A stretch of 60,760 bases of DNA, from positions 1-60,760 of the forward strand of contig CABXXB010000001.1 of assembly GCA_902516065.1 (NCBI GenBank), read 5' to 3'. The notes beneath the pieces were generated by a model. It saw nothing but the letters and a program-made list of their open reading frames with translations, had not been told where the DNA came from and ran no database searches. Of the stretch, positions 40,358-50,083 are shown in pieces (the stretch's first letter is position 1; every line of letters starts with the position of its first letter). This DNA comes from an uncultured Pelagibacteraceae bacterium (GTDB lineage Bacteria; Pseudomonadota; Alphaproteobacteria; Pelagibacterales; Pelagibacteraceae). A program made the translations under genes and the position numbers.

Positions 40358-41891
40358 AAATTTTTATATAACAACACCAATATATTATCCTTCAGCAAAA
40401 CCACATATGGGTCATGCATATTCAAGTATTATTGCTGACTTCTTTGCAAGATTCAAAAGAATAGATGGATTTAATGTAAGTTTTTTAACAGGTACTGATG
40501 AACATGGTCTTAAAATTCAAAGAGCTGCAGAAAATAAAGGTCTAGAGCCTTTAGCATTTTGTGATGAAATAAGTAAAACTTTTAAAGACCTTTCAAAAAC
40601 TTTAAATTTAACTAATACAGATTTTATAAGAACTACTGAGGAACGTCACATAAAATCAGTTCAAAATTTATGGAATGAACTTGAAAAAAATGACGATATT
40701 TATCTTTCAAAATATTCTGGATGGTATTCCGTTTCAGATGAAGCTTTCTACACTGAAGAAGAAATTGAAGAAGTTGATGGAAAAAAAATTTCAATATCAT
40801 CAAAATCACCAGTTGAATGGATGGATGAAGAGTCTTATTTTTTTAGACTTTCAAAGTGGGAAAAAAAATTATTAGATTATTATGAAAAAAATTCTGATTT
40901 TATATTACCTAAATCAAGAAGAAATGAGGTTATAAGTTTTGTTAAAGGTGGTCTTAAAGATCTATCAGTTAGTAGAAAAAGTTTTTCATGGGGAATACCA
41001 GTTCCCAATAATAAGGAACATGTTATTTATGTATGGTTAGATGCATTAACCAATTATATAAGCGCATTAAATTATCCTGACATAAAAAATAAAAAATACA
41101 AAACTTTCTGGCCTGCAACTGTTCATTTAATTGGTAAAGATATCCTGAGATTCCATGCTGTTTATTGGCCAGCTTTTTTACTTGCAGCTAAATTACCTTT
41201 GCCCAAAAAAGTTTATGGTCATGGTTGGATATTGTCTGGTGAAGAAAAAATGTCTAAATCAAAAGGAAACATTTTAGATCCAATTGAAATTATTGATCAA
41301 TACGGTTTGGATCCACTAAGATATTATTTAATTAAAGAAGTCTCTTTTGGTAATGATGGTAATATTTCACAAGAAAAGTTAGAAGATTGTATTAACAGTG
41401 ATTTAGCAAACAATTTTGGAAATCTTTGTCAAAGGGTTACAGCATTTGCTATCAAAAATTGTGAAGGCACAATCCCTAAAATGATTGAGTTTAATCAAGA
41501 TGATTTAAAGATTTTAGATAAGTTTAAAACCAATTTAGATTTAATTAGAGATAAAATTGATAAACAAGATATTAATTTTTATATTGATTTTATCGTAAAC
41601 TCATTATTTGATGCAAATAAATATTTTAATGATGAAGAGCCATGGAAAAAAAAAGATGATATTTCAAGACTTAATACAATCGTTTACACTTCATTAGAAA
41701 TAATAAGAAAAATATGCTATATGCTTTATCCAATAATTCCTGAATCATCTTTAAAAGCATTAAAAATTTTTTCCATAGAAGAAAAAAAAATTGAATTATC
41801 TTCTATTGAAAACCACAATTATCTCAAAGGAGGTGATAAAATCAAAAAAATTGATATTCTTTTCAAAAAAATAGAAAAAAATCATGATTGA
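40350..41891 (+). CDS. metG: Methionine--tRNA ligase
   Basis: PHMGHAY, GTDEHG, YVWLDAL and KMSKS. Confidence 0.96.
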   Translation: MDKNFYITTPIYYPSAKPHMGHAYSSIIADFFARFKRIDGFNVSFLTGTDEHGLKIQRAAENKGLEPLAFCDEISKTFKDLSKTLNLTNTDFIRTTEERHIKSVQNLWNELEKNDDIYLSKYSGWYSVSDEAFYTEEEIEEVDGKKISISSKSPVEWMDEESYFFRLSKWEKKLLDYYEKNSDFILPKSRRNEVISFVKGGLKDLSVSRKSFSWGIPVPNNKEHVIYVWLDALTNYISALNYPDIKNKKYKTFWPATVHLIGKDILRFHAVYWPAFLLAAKLPLPKKVYGHGWILSGEEKMSKSKGNILDPIEIIDQYGLDPLRYYLIKEVSFGNDGNISQEKLEDCINSDLANNFGNLCQRVTAFAIKNCEGTIPKMIEFNQDDLKILDKFKTNLDLIRDKIDKQDINFYIDFIVNSLFDANKYFNDEEPWKKKDDISRLNTIVYTSLEIIRKICYMLYPIIPESSLKALKIFSIEEKKIELSSIENHNYLKGGDKIKKIDILFKKIEKNHD

Positions 41892-42642
41892 TTCCCACTG
41901 TCACTTAGATCACGAACCGCTTTTCAATGATTTAGAAAATATTTTAAAAAGATCAAAAGAAGTTGGGATAGAAAAATTATTAACTATTTGTACAACTTTT
42001 GAAAGTTTTGTTAAGATTAAGCAATTAGTTAAAAAAGATGATATTATTTTTGGAACTTATGGCATTCACCCTCATGAAGCAAAAAATGATAAGGTTACAA
42101 AAAAATTAATTATAGATGAAATAAGTGCGAATGAAAAAATTATAGGAATTGGTGAAACTGGATTAGATTTTTACTATAATTTTAGTGATAAAAAAGATCA
42201 AATAAAAAGTTTTGAGGAACATATTAAAGCATCTATTGAGTTAAAAATTCCTTTAATTATTCATTCAAGAAATGCTGAAGATGAAATGTTAGAGATTTTT
42301 AATGAATATAAAAAACATGATTTAAAAATATTAATGCATTGTTTCACAGGTTCAAAAAAATTTGCAGAAAGTTTACTAGATTTAAATGCATATTTTTCTG
42401 CTAGTGGAATTATTACATTTAAAAATTCTACTGACTTACAAGAAACATTTAAATCTATTCCTTTAGAAAAAACTTTAATTGAAACTGATAGCCCATATTT
42501 AGCACCAGTTCCAAATAGAGGAAAAAAAAATGAACCATCTTTTGTTAGATTTACTGCTGAAAAACTTGCTCAAATTAAGGATATTCCAATTCCTGAATTG
42601 GTAAAAAGCACTACTTCTAATTTTAATAAACTTTTCAATTAA
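41884..42642 (+). CDS. tatD: TatD family hydrolase
   Basis: DSHCHL, GIHPH, GETGLD, HCF and ETDSPYLAP. Confidence 0.9.
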   Translation: MIDSHCHLDHEPLFNDLENILKRSKEVGIEKLLTICTTFESFVKIKQLVKKDDIIFGTYGIHPHEAKNDKVTKKLIIDEISANEKIIGIGETGLDFYYNFSDKKDQIKSFEEHIKASIELKIPLIIHSRNAEDEMLEIFNEYKKHDLKILMHCFTGSKKFAESLLDLNAYFSASGIITFKNSTDLQETFKSIPLEKTLIETDSPYLAPVPNRGKKNEPSFVRFTAEKLAQIKDIPIPELVKSTTSNFNKLFN

Positions 42643-42648
42643 CAATTA

Positions 42649-43419
42649 ATGAAATTTATAATTTTAGGTTGTGGAAGTTCTATGGGAGTACCTAGGCCAG
42701 ATGGATTTTTTGGAAATTGTAATCCAAATAATAAAAAAAATTATAGAACAAGATGCTCAGCTTTAATTAAAACAAAAAATGAAAATGTATTAATTGATAC
42801 ATCTCCAGATATTAGACAACAACTAATAAATAATAAAATTAAAAAAATAGATAAAGTTTTTTACTCTCATATGCATGCTGATCAAACACACGGCATTAAT
42901 GATTTAAGAGTTTTTTACATTCTTAATAAAAAACCTATTCCAGTATATGCAGACAAACCAACTAAAAAGTATTTATCAAATAATTTTAAATATTGTTTTA
43001 TTAATTATTCAAAAGAATATCCTGCTACTTTAAAATTAATGTCCGTAAATGATAATTTAACTTTAAAAGATGGACGTAAGAGAATTTCAATTAAACCTAT
43101 AAAAGTTAAACACGGTCAAGTTGATAGTATTTGTTATATAATAGATAAAAAACTTGCATATATAAGTGACGTTAATCAAATATTTGAAAAAGATTTTAAA
43201 CATCTAAAAAATCTTAATTATTTAGTTTTAGATTGCTTATGGATTAATCATCATCCATCACATCTAAATCTTGAAGAAAGTTTAGATTTAATTTTTAAAC
43301 TAAATCCAAAAAAAGCAATTTTAACTAATCTTTCACCTGTTTTAGATTACGATTATTTAAAAAAGGTTTTACCCAAGAAAGTTATTCCAGCTTTCGATGG
43401 TTTGACTATAAATTTATAA
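42649..43419 (+). CDS. MBL-fold metallohydrolase (PhnP-like phosphodiesterase)
   Basis: LGCGSSMGVP, DTSPD and HMHADQTHG. Confidence 0.85.
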   Translation: MKFIILGCGSSMGVPRPDGFFGNCNPNNKKNYRTRCSALIKTKNENVLIDTSPDIRQQLINNKIKKIDKVFYSHMHADQTHGINDLRVFYILNKKPIPVYADKPTKKYLSNNFKYCFINYSKEYPATLKLMSVNDNLTLKDGRKRISIKPIKVKHGQVDSICYIIDKKLAYISDVNQIFEKDFKHLKNLNYLVLDCLWINHHPSHLNLEESLDLIFKLNPKKAILTNLSPVLDYDYLKKVLPKKVIPAFDGLTINL

Positions 43420-43956
43420 AACTTCCTCTATCTTATTTACTAACTTTTTTGACAAAGGTTCTGTAAATGATGAAAAAGTATCTTCTACTTTACCAGATTT
43501 ATTAATTAATATTTTATGAAAATTCCACTTGGGAACGGCTGATTTACCATGATTTTCTTTGGCCCATTTGAAAATTTCATGAGCATTTTTTCCTTTAACT
43601 TCTGTTATGGTTGTTAGTGGAAAATTTATATTAAAATTTACTTCACAAAATTCTTTTATATCTTCATTGTTATTTTTTTCTTGATTAAATGAATTAGATG
43701 GAACACCAAGAACAATCAAACCTTTTTCTTTATATATATCCCACAACTTCTGTAAGTCATCATATTGTTTTGTGAAACCACAATAACTAGCTGTATTTAC
43801 AACTAAGATAACTTTATTTTCATAATCTTTAAAATTTATTATCTCACCAGTAATACTTTCTATACTGAAATCATAAATTTTTTTTTCATAGTTCGCAGTT
43901 GCTGAATTTTTAAAAAAAAACATAATTATAGACAATAAAAATATTACTTTTCTCAT
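43414..43956 (-). CDS. Glutathione peroxidase family protein
   Basis: VNTASYCGFT, PSNSFNQE and PKWNFHK; signal peptide. Confidence 0.9.
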   Translation of the reverse strand: MRKVIFLLSIIMFFFKNSATANYEKKIYDFSIESITGEIINFKDYENKVILVVNTASYCGFTKQYDDLQKLWDIYKEKGLIVLGVPSNSFNQEKNNNEDIKEFCEVNFNINFPLTTITEVKGKNAHEIFKWAKENHGKSAVPKWNFHKILINKSGKVEDTFSSFTEPLSKKLVNKIEEVL

Positions 43957-45134
43957 TTGTTGGGTTTATTTGGGGTAAGTAATATCAAAAAATAGCCAAA
44001 TAAAGTGGATAATAAGGACCCAGTTAGTACCCCAATTTTTACTCCGTCCATATATTGCATGTTTTCAACAAAAGCTAAATTTCCAACAAACAAACTCATT
44101 GTGAAACCAATCCCAGTCAGAACTCCCACACCATAAAAATTGTACCAACTTGTGTCGTTTGGCATTTGAGCTACTTTTAATTTTATAGACACATAAGAAA
44201 ATATAAAAACCCCCAATTGTTTACCTAAGAATAGCCCTAACACGATACCGAGAGGAACCTTGTCTAATAAAGAAGTAAAAGATAATCCTTCTAAAGATAC
44301 CCCTGCATTTGCAAAGGCAAATAAAGGCATTATTCCAAAAGCAACATATGGACTAATTGCATGCTCTATTTTTATTAATAAAGAAAAATCTTTTTCTTTT
44401 TTTCTATGAGGAATTGTCATAGCCAACAAAACACCAGCTATAGTAGCATGGATGCCAGAGTTATGAGTAAAATCCCAAAGGAAAAGTCCAATAACCAGAT
44501 AAGGTAGAAACTTTTTAATATTAAACTTGTTAATTAATAACAAAATAATAAAAGCTAACAACATTAAGGTTAAATACTTAATACTCAAATCTCCAGAGTA
44601 GAATAGGGCAATAATTACTATTGCTCCTAAATCATCTATTATAGCTAATGCAGTTAAAAATACTTTTAATGATAAAGGAACTCTTTTACCCAACAAAGAT
44701 AAGACTCCTAATGAGAAAGCAATATCTGTAGCTGATGGAATTGCCCATCCATTTAAAGTTTCACTATCACCTAAATTAATAAAAACATAAAATAATGCCG
44801 GAACTAACATTCCTCCTACAGCAGCTATAATTGGTAGTAAAGCTTGTTTAATATTAGATAGTTCGCCTTGTAAAAATTCTCTTTTAATTTCTAAAGTAAC
44901 AAAAAAAAAGAATATCGCCATCAATGCATCATTAATCCAATGTAAAACTGATAATTTTAATCCAAAATCATTAATTCCGATAAATAAGTATTTATCTAAT
45001 GTCGCAAAATATAAGCTTGATAAGTCTGAATTGCTTATAATTAAGGCTATAATAGCAGCAAATAGTAATACTAGTCCACTTGCTGCCTCAAGTTTGAAAA
45101 ACCATTTGAAAGGTTGTGAAATATATTGGATCAT
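43953..45134 (-). CDS. nhaA: Na+/H+ antiporter NhaA
   Basis: WINDALM, ATDIAF, LAIIDD and GIGFTMSLF. Confidence 0.95.
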   Translation of the reverse strand: MIQYISQPFKWFFKLEAASGLVLLFAAIIALIISNSDLSSLYFATLDKYLFIGINDFGLKLSVLHWINDALMAIFFFFVTLEIKREFLQGELSNIKQALLPIIAAVGGMLVPALFYVFINLGDSETLNGWAIPSATDIAFSLGVLSLLGKRVPLSLKVFLTALAIIDDLGAIVIIALFYSGDLSIKYLTLMLLAFIILLLINKFNIKKFLPYLVIGLFLWDFTHNSGIHATIAGVLLAMTIPHRKKEKDFSLLIKIEHAISPYVAFGIMPLFAFANAGVSLEGLSFTSLLDKVPLGIVLGLFLGKQLGVFIFSYVSIKLKVAQMPNDTSWYNFYGVGVLTGIGFTMSLFVGNLAFVENMQYMDGVKIGVLTGSLLSTLFGYFLILLTPNKPNK

Positions 45135-45137
45135 TTT

Positions 45138-45578
45138 TTATAAAAATAAATTTTTGAAAAATAAAAATATATCTTTTATAGTTTCAAATAAACTATACAA
45201 CATAAATTCAAGACCTGGGAAAATGTTACCCAGCGGGGTTTTAAATGTCTCAAGAATTACAATGACCCCCATAAATGAGATTATGAATACAATTAAATAT
45301 GAAAGGATTTTTCCTACTCCAAAACTTGATGATTTGTTGATTTTTTTAGTTTCATTTTTTGTTTGCTCTTTAACACTTGTGATTTCATCATTATCTTCGA
45401 CTATTTCAGGTTTTTTATCAGTTTTAATATCCTGAAAATCTTCAGAACCTTTTTGTAAGCTTGGGTTAAAAAACCAGGTTTGATCACACGATCCACATTT
45501 TAGCATTCTGCCTTTTTCTGGGATAAGATTTGAATCAACTTCAAATTTTTTTTCGCAATGAAGACATGTAATTATCAT
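45138..45578 (-). CDS. MJ0042-type zinc-ribbon membrane protein
   Basis: CLHC...GRMLKCGSC...W N-terminus and a C-terminal TM. Confidence 0.8.
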   Translation of the reverse strand: MIITCLHCEKKFEVDSNLIPEKGRMLKCGSCDQTWFFNPSLQKGSEDFQDIKTDKKPEIVEDNDEITSVKEQTKNETKKINKSSSFGVGKILSYLIVFIISFMGVIVILETFKTPLGNIFPGLEFMLYSLFETIKDIFLFFKNLFL

Positions 45579-45672
45579 ATCACCATATATATCAGATTCT
45601 GATTAAAAATCCTTTATTTTACATATCTTTATACATTGAAAAAAAAAATAAGTACTGTATTAGTACATCTTC

Positions 45673-45749
<77 letters not shown>

Positions 45750-45753
45750 TTTT

Positions 45754-46035
45754 ATGATGAAAGCTAAAATTTATATTCCTAATAAAAGTGCTATGCAATC
45801 TGGTACAGGCAAAACAGACAAATGGATTTTAGAATATGAGACTAAAAATCCAACTTCAAATCCCTTGATGGGTTGGGAAAGTTCATCAGACACTCGTACA
45901 GAATTAAAATTAGAATTTTCATCAAAAGAATTAGCAATTAATTATGCAAAAAAAAAGAAAATTGATTTTGAATTAATTGAACCGAAAAAAAGAAAAGTTG
46001 TTAAAAAATCATACGCAGATAATTTTTTAAATTAA
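45754..46035 (+). CDS. ETC complex I subunit (NDUFS4-like)
   Basis: AMQSG, NPLMGWESS and SYADNF; start moved to ATG 45754 so it does not overlap the tRNA. Confidence 0.88.
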   Translation: MMKAKIYIPNKSAMQSGTGKTDKWILEYETKNPTSNPLMGWESSSDTRTELKLEFSSKELAINYAKKKKIDFELIEPKKRKVVKKSYADNFLN

Positions 46036-46038
46036 TAA

Positions 46039-47034
46039 ATGTTTAAATTTTTTACACAAAAACAGTGGTTTCTATGGAGTATTTTTGGATCAATATTCAT
46101 ATTGATTTCTACATGGTATCAAGTTCAACTTGATGTAAAAATTAACGAATGGTTTGGAGAATTTTATGATACTCTTCAAAAAGCATTGACAACACCTAAT
46201 TCAGTCTCTGAAACTGAATTTATTGGATATTTATTTACATTTGCTAAAATTGCTGCTTTATGGATTATAATAGCTGTATTCACAGGTTTTTTTACTAGTC
46301 ATTGGGTATTTAGATGGAGAACCTCAATGGCAAACTATTATCACGAACAATGGCTCAAAGCTCGTTTAACTGAGGGAGCATCTCAAAGGGTTCAAGAAGA
46401 TACATTAAAGTTTGCAAGAATAATGGAAGGTCTTGGTACTGGACTATTGGACAGTATAATGACTCTAATAGCTTTTACACCTATACTTTGGGGACTTTCA
46501 AAACAAATTGATGTTTTGCCTTGGATTGGTGAAGTTGATCATGCTTTGGTTTGGGTTGCCATAATTTCTGCACTTGGTGGAACTTTACTGCTAGCAGCTG
46601 TTGGTATTAAACTACCTGGCATAGAATACGATATTCAAAAAGAAGAAGCAGGGTATAGAAAAGAATTAGTTCATGGTGAGGATGATCCTATTAGAGCTGC
46701 ACCTCCAACTATTGGTCAATTGTATAATCGAGTACGAGGAATTCATTATAAATCATATTTTCATTACTTATATTTTAACACAGTTAAATGGAGTTATTTT
46801 CAAGGAATGGTGATTGTACCATATTTAGCTTTAGCTCCAACAATTGTTACTGGTGCAATTACACTTGGATTTGTTCAGCAAATCACAAGAGCATTTGGAA
46901 GAGTAGAGGGATCATTACAATATTTAGTTAAAAGTTGGTCAACCATTGTAGAACTGATATCTGTTTGGAAAAGATTAAGAGAATTTGAAGCCAAGTTAAA
47001 TTTTGCAGATGAATTATCACCTAAAGTTCTATGA
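46039..47034 (+). CDS. SbmA/BacA-like peptide transporter
   Basis: INEWFGEFYD, FRWRTSM, EGASQRVQEDT and EAGYRKELV. Confidence 0.85.
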   Translation: MFKFFTQKQWFLWSIFGSIFILISTWYQVQLDVKINEWFGEFYDTLQKALTTPNSVSETEFIGYLFTFAKIAALWIIIAVFTGFFTSHWVFRWRTSMANYYHEQWLKARLTEGASQRVQEDTLKFARIMEGLGTGLLDSIMTLIAFTPILWGLSKQIDVLPWIGEVDHALVWVAIISALGGTLLLAAVGIKLPGIEYDIQKEEAGYRKELVHGEDDPIRAAPPTIGQLYNRVRGIHYKSYFHYLYFNTVKWSYFQGMVIVPYLALAPTIVTGAITLGFVQQITRAFGRVEGSLQYLVKSWSTIVELISVWKRLREFEAKLNFADELSPKVL

Positions 47035-47996
47035 CAATAGATAAAAAATATGTAGATCAAATTATCAACGTTACATCAAAAGCTGCAATAGCTTCTTCAT
47101 TTCAGGTAGGAAAAAAAAATAAAATAGCTGCTGATCAAGCTGCAGTTGATTCAATGAGGCAGGAGTTAAACAAAATAAATATGACCGGTGAAATTGTTAT
47201 TGGAGAAGGAAGTCTCGATGAAGCTCCAATGTTATATACTGGCGAAATACTTGGCAATAACAATGGTCCTAAATTTGATATTGCTGTTGATCCATTAGAA
47301 GGAACTAATTTTGCTGCAAATAATTTACCAGGGGCATTGTCAGTAATTACTATTGCTGAAAAAGATAATTTATTTAAGGCTCCTGAAACATACATGAATA
47401 AAATAGCTACAGCAAAAGTAGAGAAAGGGTTAGTTGATCTTGATTACTCTATTAAAAAGAACATAAATAATTTAGCTGATTACAAAAATACAGATCCATC
47501 AAATTTAAGTGCTTGTATGTTAGATCGTCCAAGACATAAAAAAATGATAGAAGAGCTTAAAAAACTAAAAGTAAAAATTACATTAATAAGAGATGGAGAT
47601 GTTGCTGGAGCTTTATTAGTTACAAAGCCGTCATATGGTATAGATATTTTTTTAGGAATTGGCGGAGGTCCAGAAGGAGTATTGGCTGCAGCTGCTTTAG
47701 ATGCTTACGATTGTCACTTTCAAGGCAAATTTATATTTGATAATGAAAATGATATTAAAATTGCAAAAACAATGGGTATTATTGATTTAAACAAAAAATA
47801 TGATTTAAAAGAAATTGTTAAAGGGGATGCAATTTTTTGTGCAACAGCAATAACTGATACTCTCTCGATGAAAGGCGTACAAGTTAAAACCAAGAATTCC
47901 TTTACCACAGAAACATTAGTTACTCATAAAAGTTCAAAAACTAATTATCCAGGTATTGAAAAAAGAGATATAATATTTGATCATAACCAAAATTAA
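47031..47996 (+). CDS. glpX: Class II fructose-1,6-bisphosphatase
   Basis: VIGEG..DEAPML, DIAVDPLEGT, DGDV and GIGGGPEGV. Confidence 0.93.
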   Translation: MTIDKKYVDQIINVTSKAAIASSFQVGKKNKIAADQAAVDSMRQELNKINMTGEIVIGEGSLDEAPMLYTGEILGNNNGPKFDIAVDPLEGTNFAANNLPGALSVITIAEKDNLFKAPETYMNKIATAKVEKGLVDLDYSIKKNINNLADYKNTDPSNLSACMLDRPRHKKMIEELKKLKVKITLIRDGDVAGALLVTKPSYGIDIFLGIGGGPEGVLAAAALDAYDCHFQGKFIFDNENDIKIAKTMGIIDLNKKYDLKEIVKGDAIFCATAITDTLSMKGVQVKTKNSFTTETLVTHKSSKTNYPGIEKRDIIFDHNQN

Positions 47997-49694
47997 ATGA
48001 TAATTTCAGTTTCTGGAAAGAAATGGCAAGAAAAAAAAGTTAATTCGCAATTATTAGAAAAAATTCAACAAGATTATAATTTTTCAAAAATTTTATCTAA
48101 ATTAATAATTTCAAGAAAATTTGATGAATACGAGATTCATTTAATTGAAAAAGACTTAAAATTATCTAATATTTTTTATAATAATCCTGATTTTATTGAT
48201 TCAATAAAACTTTTAGAAAAAGCAATAAAAAATAAAGATAATATATGCATATTGGGTGATTATGATGTGGATGGCTCAATCTCTACGTCATTATTTGTAA
48301 ATTTATTTAAAAACTTAAATCATCCATTTTTTTATTACATACCTGATAGAGTTACAGATGGTTATGGTGCTAGTAAAAAATTATTTGAAAAATTGATTTT
48401 AAAAAAACCAAAGTTAGTAATTATGGTTGATTGTGGATCAACAAGTGTTGATGCAATTGATTATCTAACTAAGAATAATATTAAATCTTTAATTATAGAT
48501 CATCATGAAATTAATAAGCCATATCCGAAAGCAAATGTAATCATAAATCCAAAAAAAAATAATGGCTATATTGAATATGATTATCTTTGTGCAACCACAC
48601 TTTCTTATTTTTTTTTAGAAATGTTTATAAAAAAAAATAGATACAAAGTAGATCTAAGAAAATATCTAATTTATGTTCTTTTAGCAACAGTTGCTGATGT
48701 TATGCCTTTAAGAAAATTTAATAGATTAATTGCAATAAAAGCACTGAAAGAATTTAAAATTAAAGATAATTATGTACTAAATGAAATATATAAATTAAGT
48801 AATAAAAAAAATAAGATTAATATTAATGACTTGGGTTATTTAATTGCACCAATTTTAAATGCTGGTGGAAGACTGGGAAAATCAAACCATGCTACACAAT
48901 TATTAACAGCTGATGATAATCAAATTATTAATAAAAAGTTATCTGAACTTATTAATTTAAACGAAAAAAGAAAAAAAATAGAAGCAATGATTTTAGAGAA
49001 CATTGATTTCAATAAAATTAAAAAAGAAAATAAAAATGTAATAATCTATTATGACCCAAATATAAATGAAGGTTTAATAGGCATTATAGCTGCACGATTA
49101 AAAGATTTTTTTAATAAACCATCTATAGTTATTACAAGATCAAATACTTTTCTTAAAGGATCTGCAAGATCTACAAATAACTTCAATATTGGAAAAATTA
49201 TTAAAAATTTATTAGATAATAATATTATTTTAAGTGGAGGAGGTCATAATATGGCAGGTGGTTTTACTCTTAAAAAAGAAAGTCTAACAACTTTAAAAAA
49301 CTACATGAATAAATATTTCTTAAAAAATAATGATATTAAAAATGATATTTTTGAATATGATACTGAAATTTCATCTATTGGTTTTAATAAAAATTTTTAT
49401 AATGAAATAAAAAAAATTGAACCTTTTGGTAATGGAAATCCATCACCAGTTTTTCTTTTAAACAAGTTAAAAGTCATTAAAATTCTGAAATCCAATAAAA
49501 AAAACATTTCATGTATTCTAAAATCTAAAATTGGCTTTTCAATTAACTCAATATCTTTTAATTCTCTTAATACTAATATTGGAGAGAATTTATTAAACAA
49601 TAAAAATTATTTTGCTGTTATAGGTCAAATTAATGAAAGTTTTTGGAATAACAAAAAATCTCTTCAACTTATAATTAAAGATCTGATATTGTGA
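47997..49694 (+). CDS. recJ: ssDNA exonuclease RecJ
   Basis: GDYDVDG, DGYG, DHH, ADVMPL, GSARS, GGGH and EPFG. Confidence 0.93.
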   Translation: MIISVSGKKWQEKKVNSQLLEKIQQDYNFSKILSKLIISRKFDEYEIHLIEKDLKLSNIFYNNPDFIDSIKLLEKAIKNKDNICILGDYDVDGSISTSLFVNLFKNLNHPFFYYIPDRVTDGYGASKKLFEKLILKKPKLVIMVDCGSTSVDAIDYLTKNNIKSLIIDHHEINKPYPKANVIINPKKNNGYIEYDYLCATTLSYFFLEMFIKKNRYKVDLRKYLIYVLLATVADVMPLRKFNRLIAIKALKEFKIKDNYVLNEIYKLSNKKNKININDLGYLIAPILNAGGRLGKSNHATQLLTADDNQIINKKLSELINLNEKRKKIEAMILENIDFNKIKKENKNVIIYYDPNINEGLIGIIAARLKDFFNKPSIVITRSNTFLKGSARSTNNFNIGKIIKNLLDNNIILSGGGHNMAGGFTLKKESLTTLKNYMNKYFLKNNDIKNDIFEYDTEISSIGFNKNFYNEIKKIEPFGNGNPSPVFLLNKLKVIKILKSNKKNISCILKSKIGFSINSISFNSLNTNIGENLLNNKNYFAVIGQINESFWNNKKSLQLIIKDLIL

Positions 49695-49745
49695 TTTATT
49701 ATACACTTGATAAATAAAGACTTTTCAAATAAAAGACCTCAAAAT

Positions 49746-49820
49746 GGTCCCTTCGTCTATCGGTTAGGACACGTGGTTTTCATCCTCGAAAGAGGGGTTC
49801 GATTCCCCTAGGGACCGCCA
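49746..49820 (+). tRNA. tRNA-Glu(UUC)
   Basis: GGTCCCT acceptor; loop TTTTCAT; AGGGG-TTCGATT-CCCCT T arm; CCA. Confidence 0.94.
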
Positions 49821-49825
49821 TTAAT

Positions 49826-50077
49826 ATGTATCATTATGTTTATATCCTTAAAACTTTACCTGGATATAAAAGTAAGACTTATGTTGGTTATTCAATCAAT
49901 GTTTTATCTAGATTAGAAAAACATAATAATTCAAAGGGTGCCAAGTCTACGCGTGGTTATAAATGGGAGGTTGTTTATAAAAAAAGATTTAAATCTAAAA
50001 CAGAAGCTCTATCTTTTGAATATTTGCTTAAAAAGGATAGAAAAAAAAGATTATCCATATTAAAAGAGTTATTATAA
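49826..50077 (+). CDS. GIY-YIG nuclease (UPF0213/YhbQ-like)
   Basis: YVYIL...YVG...RLEKHN..KGAKSTRG...EALSFE..LK. Confidence 0.88.
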   Translation: MYHYVYILKTLPGYKSKTYVGYSINVLSRLEKHNNSKGAKSTRGYKWEVVYKKRFKSKTEALSFEYLLKKDRKKRLSILKELL

Positions 50078-50083
50078 ATACTG

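Noticed and set aside
42649-43419. PhnP-like hydrolase as part of the phosphonate locus
   Set aside because: It sits in the conserved metG-tatD-MBL housekeeping string about 39 kb away
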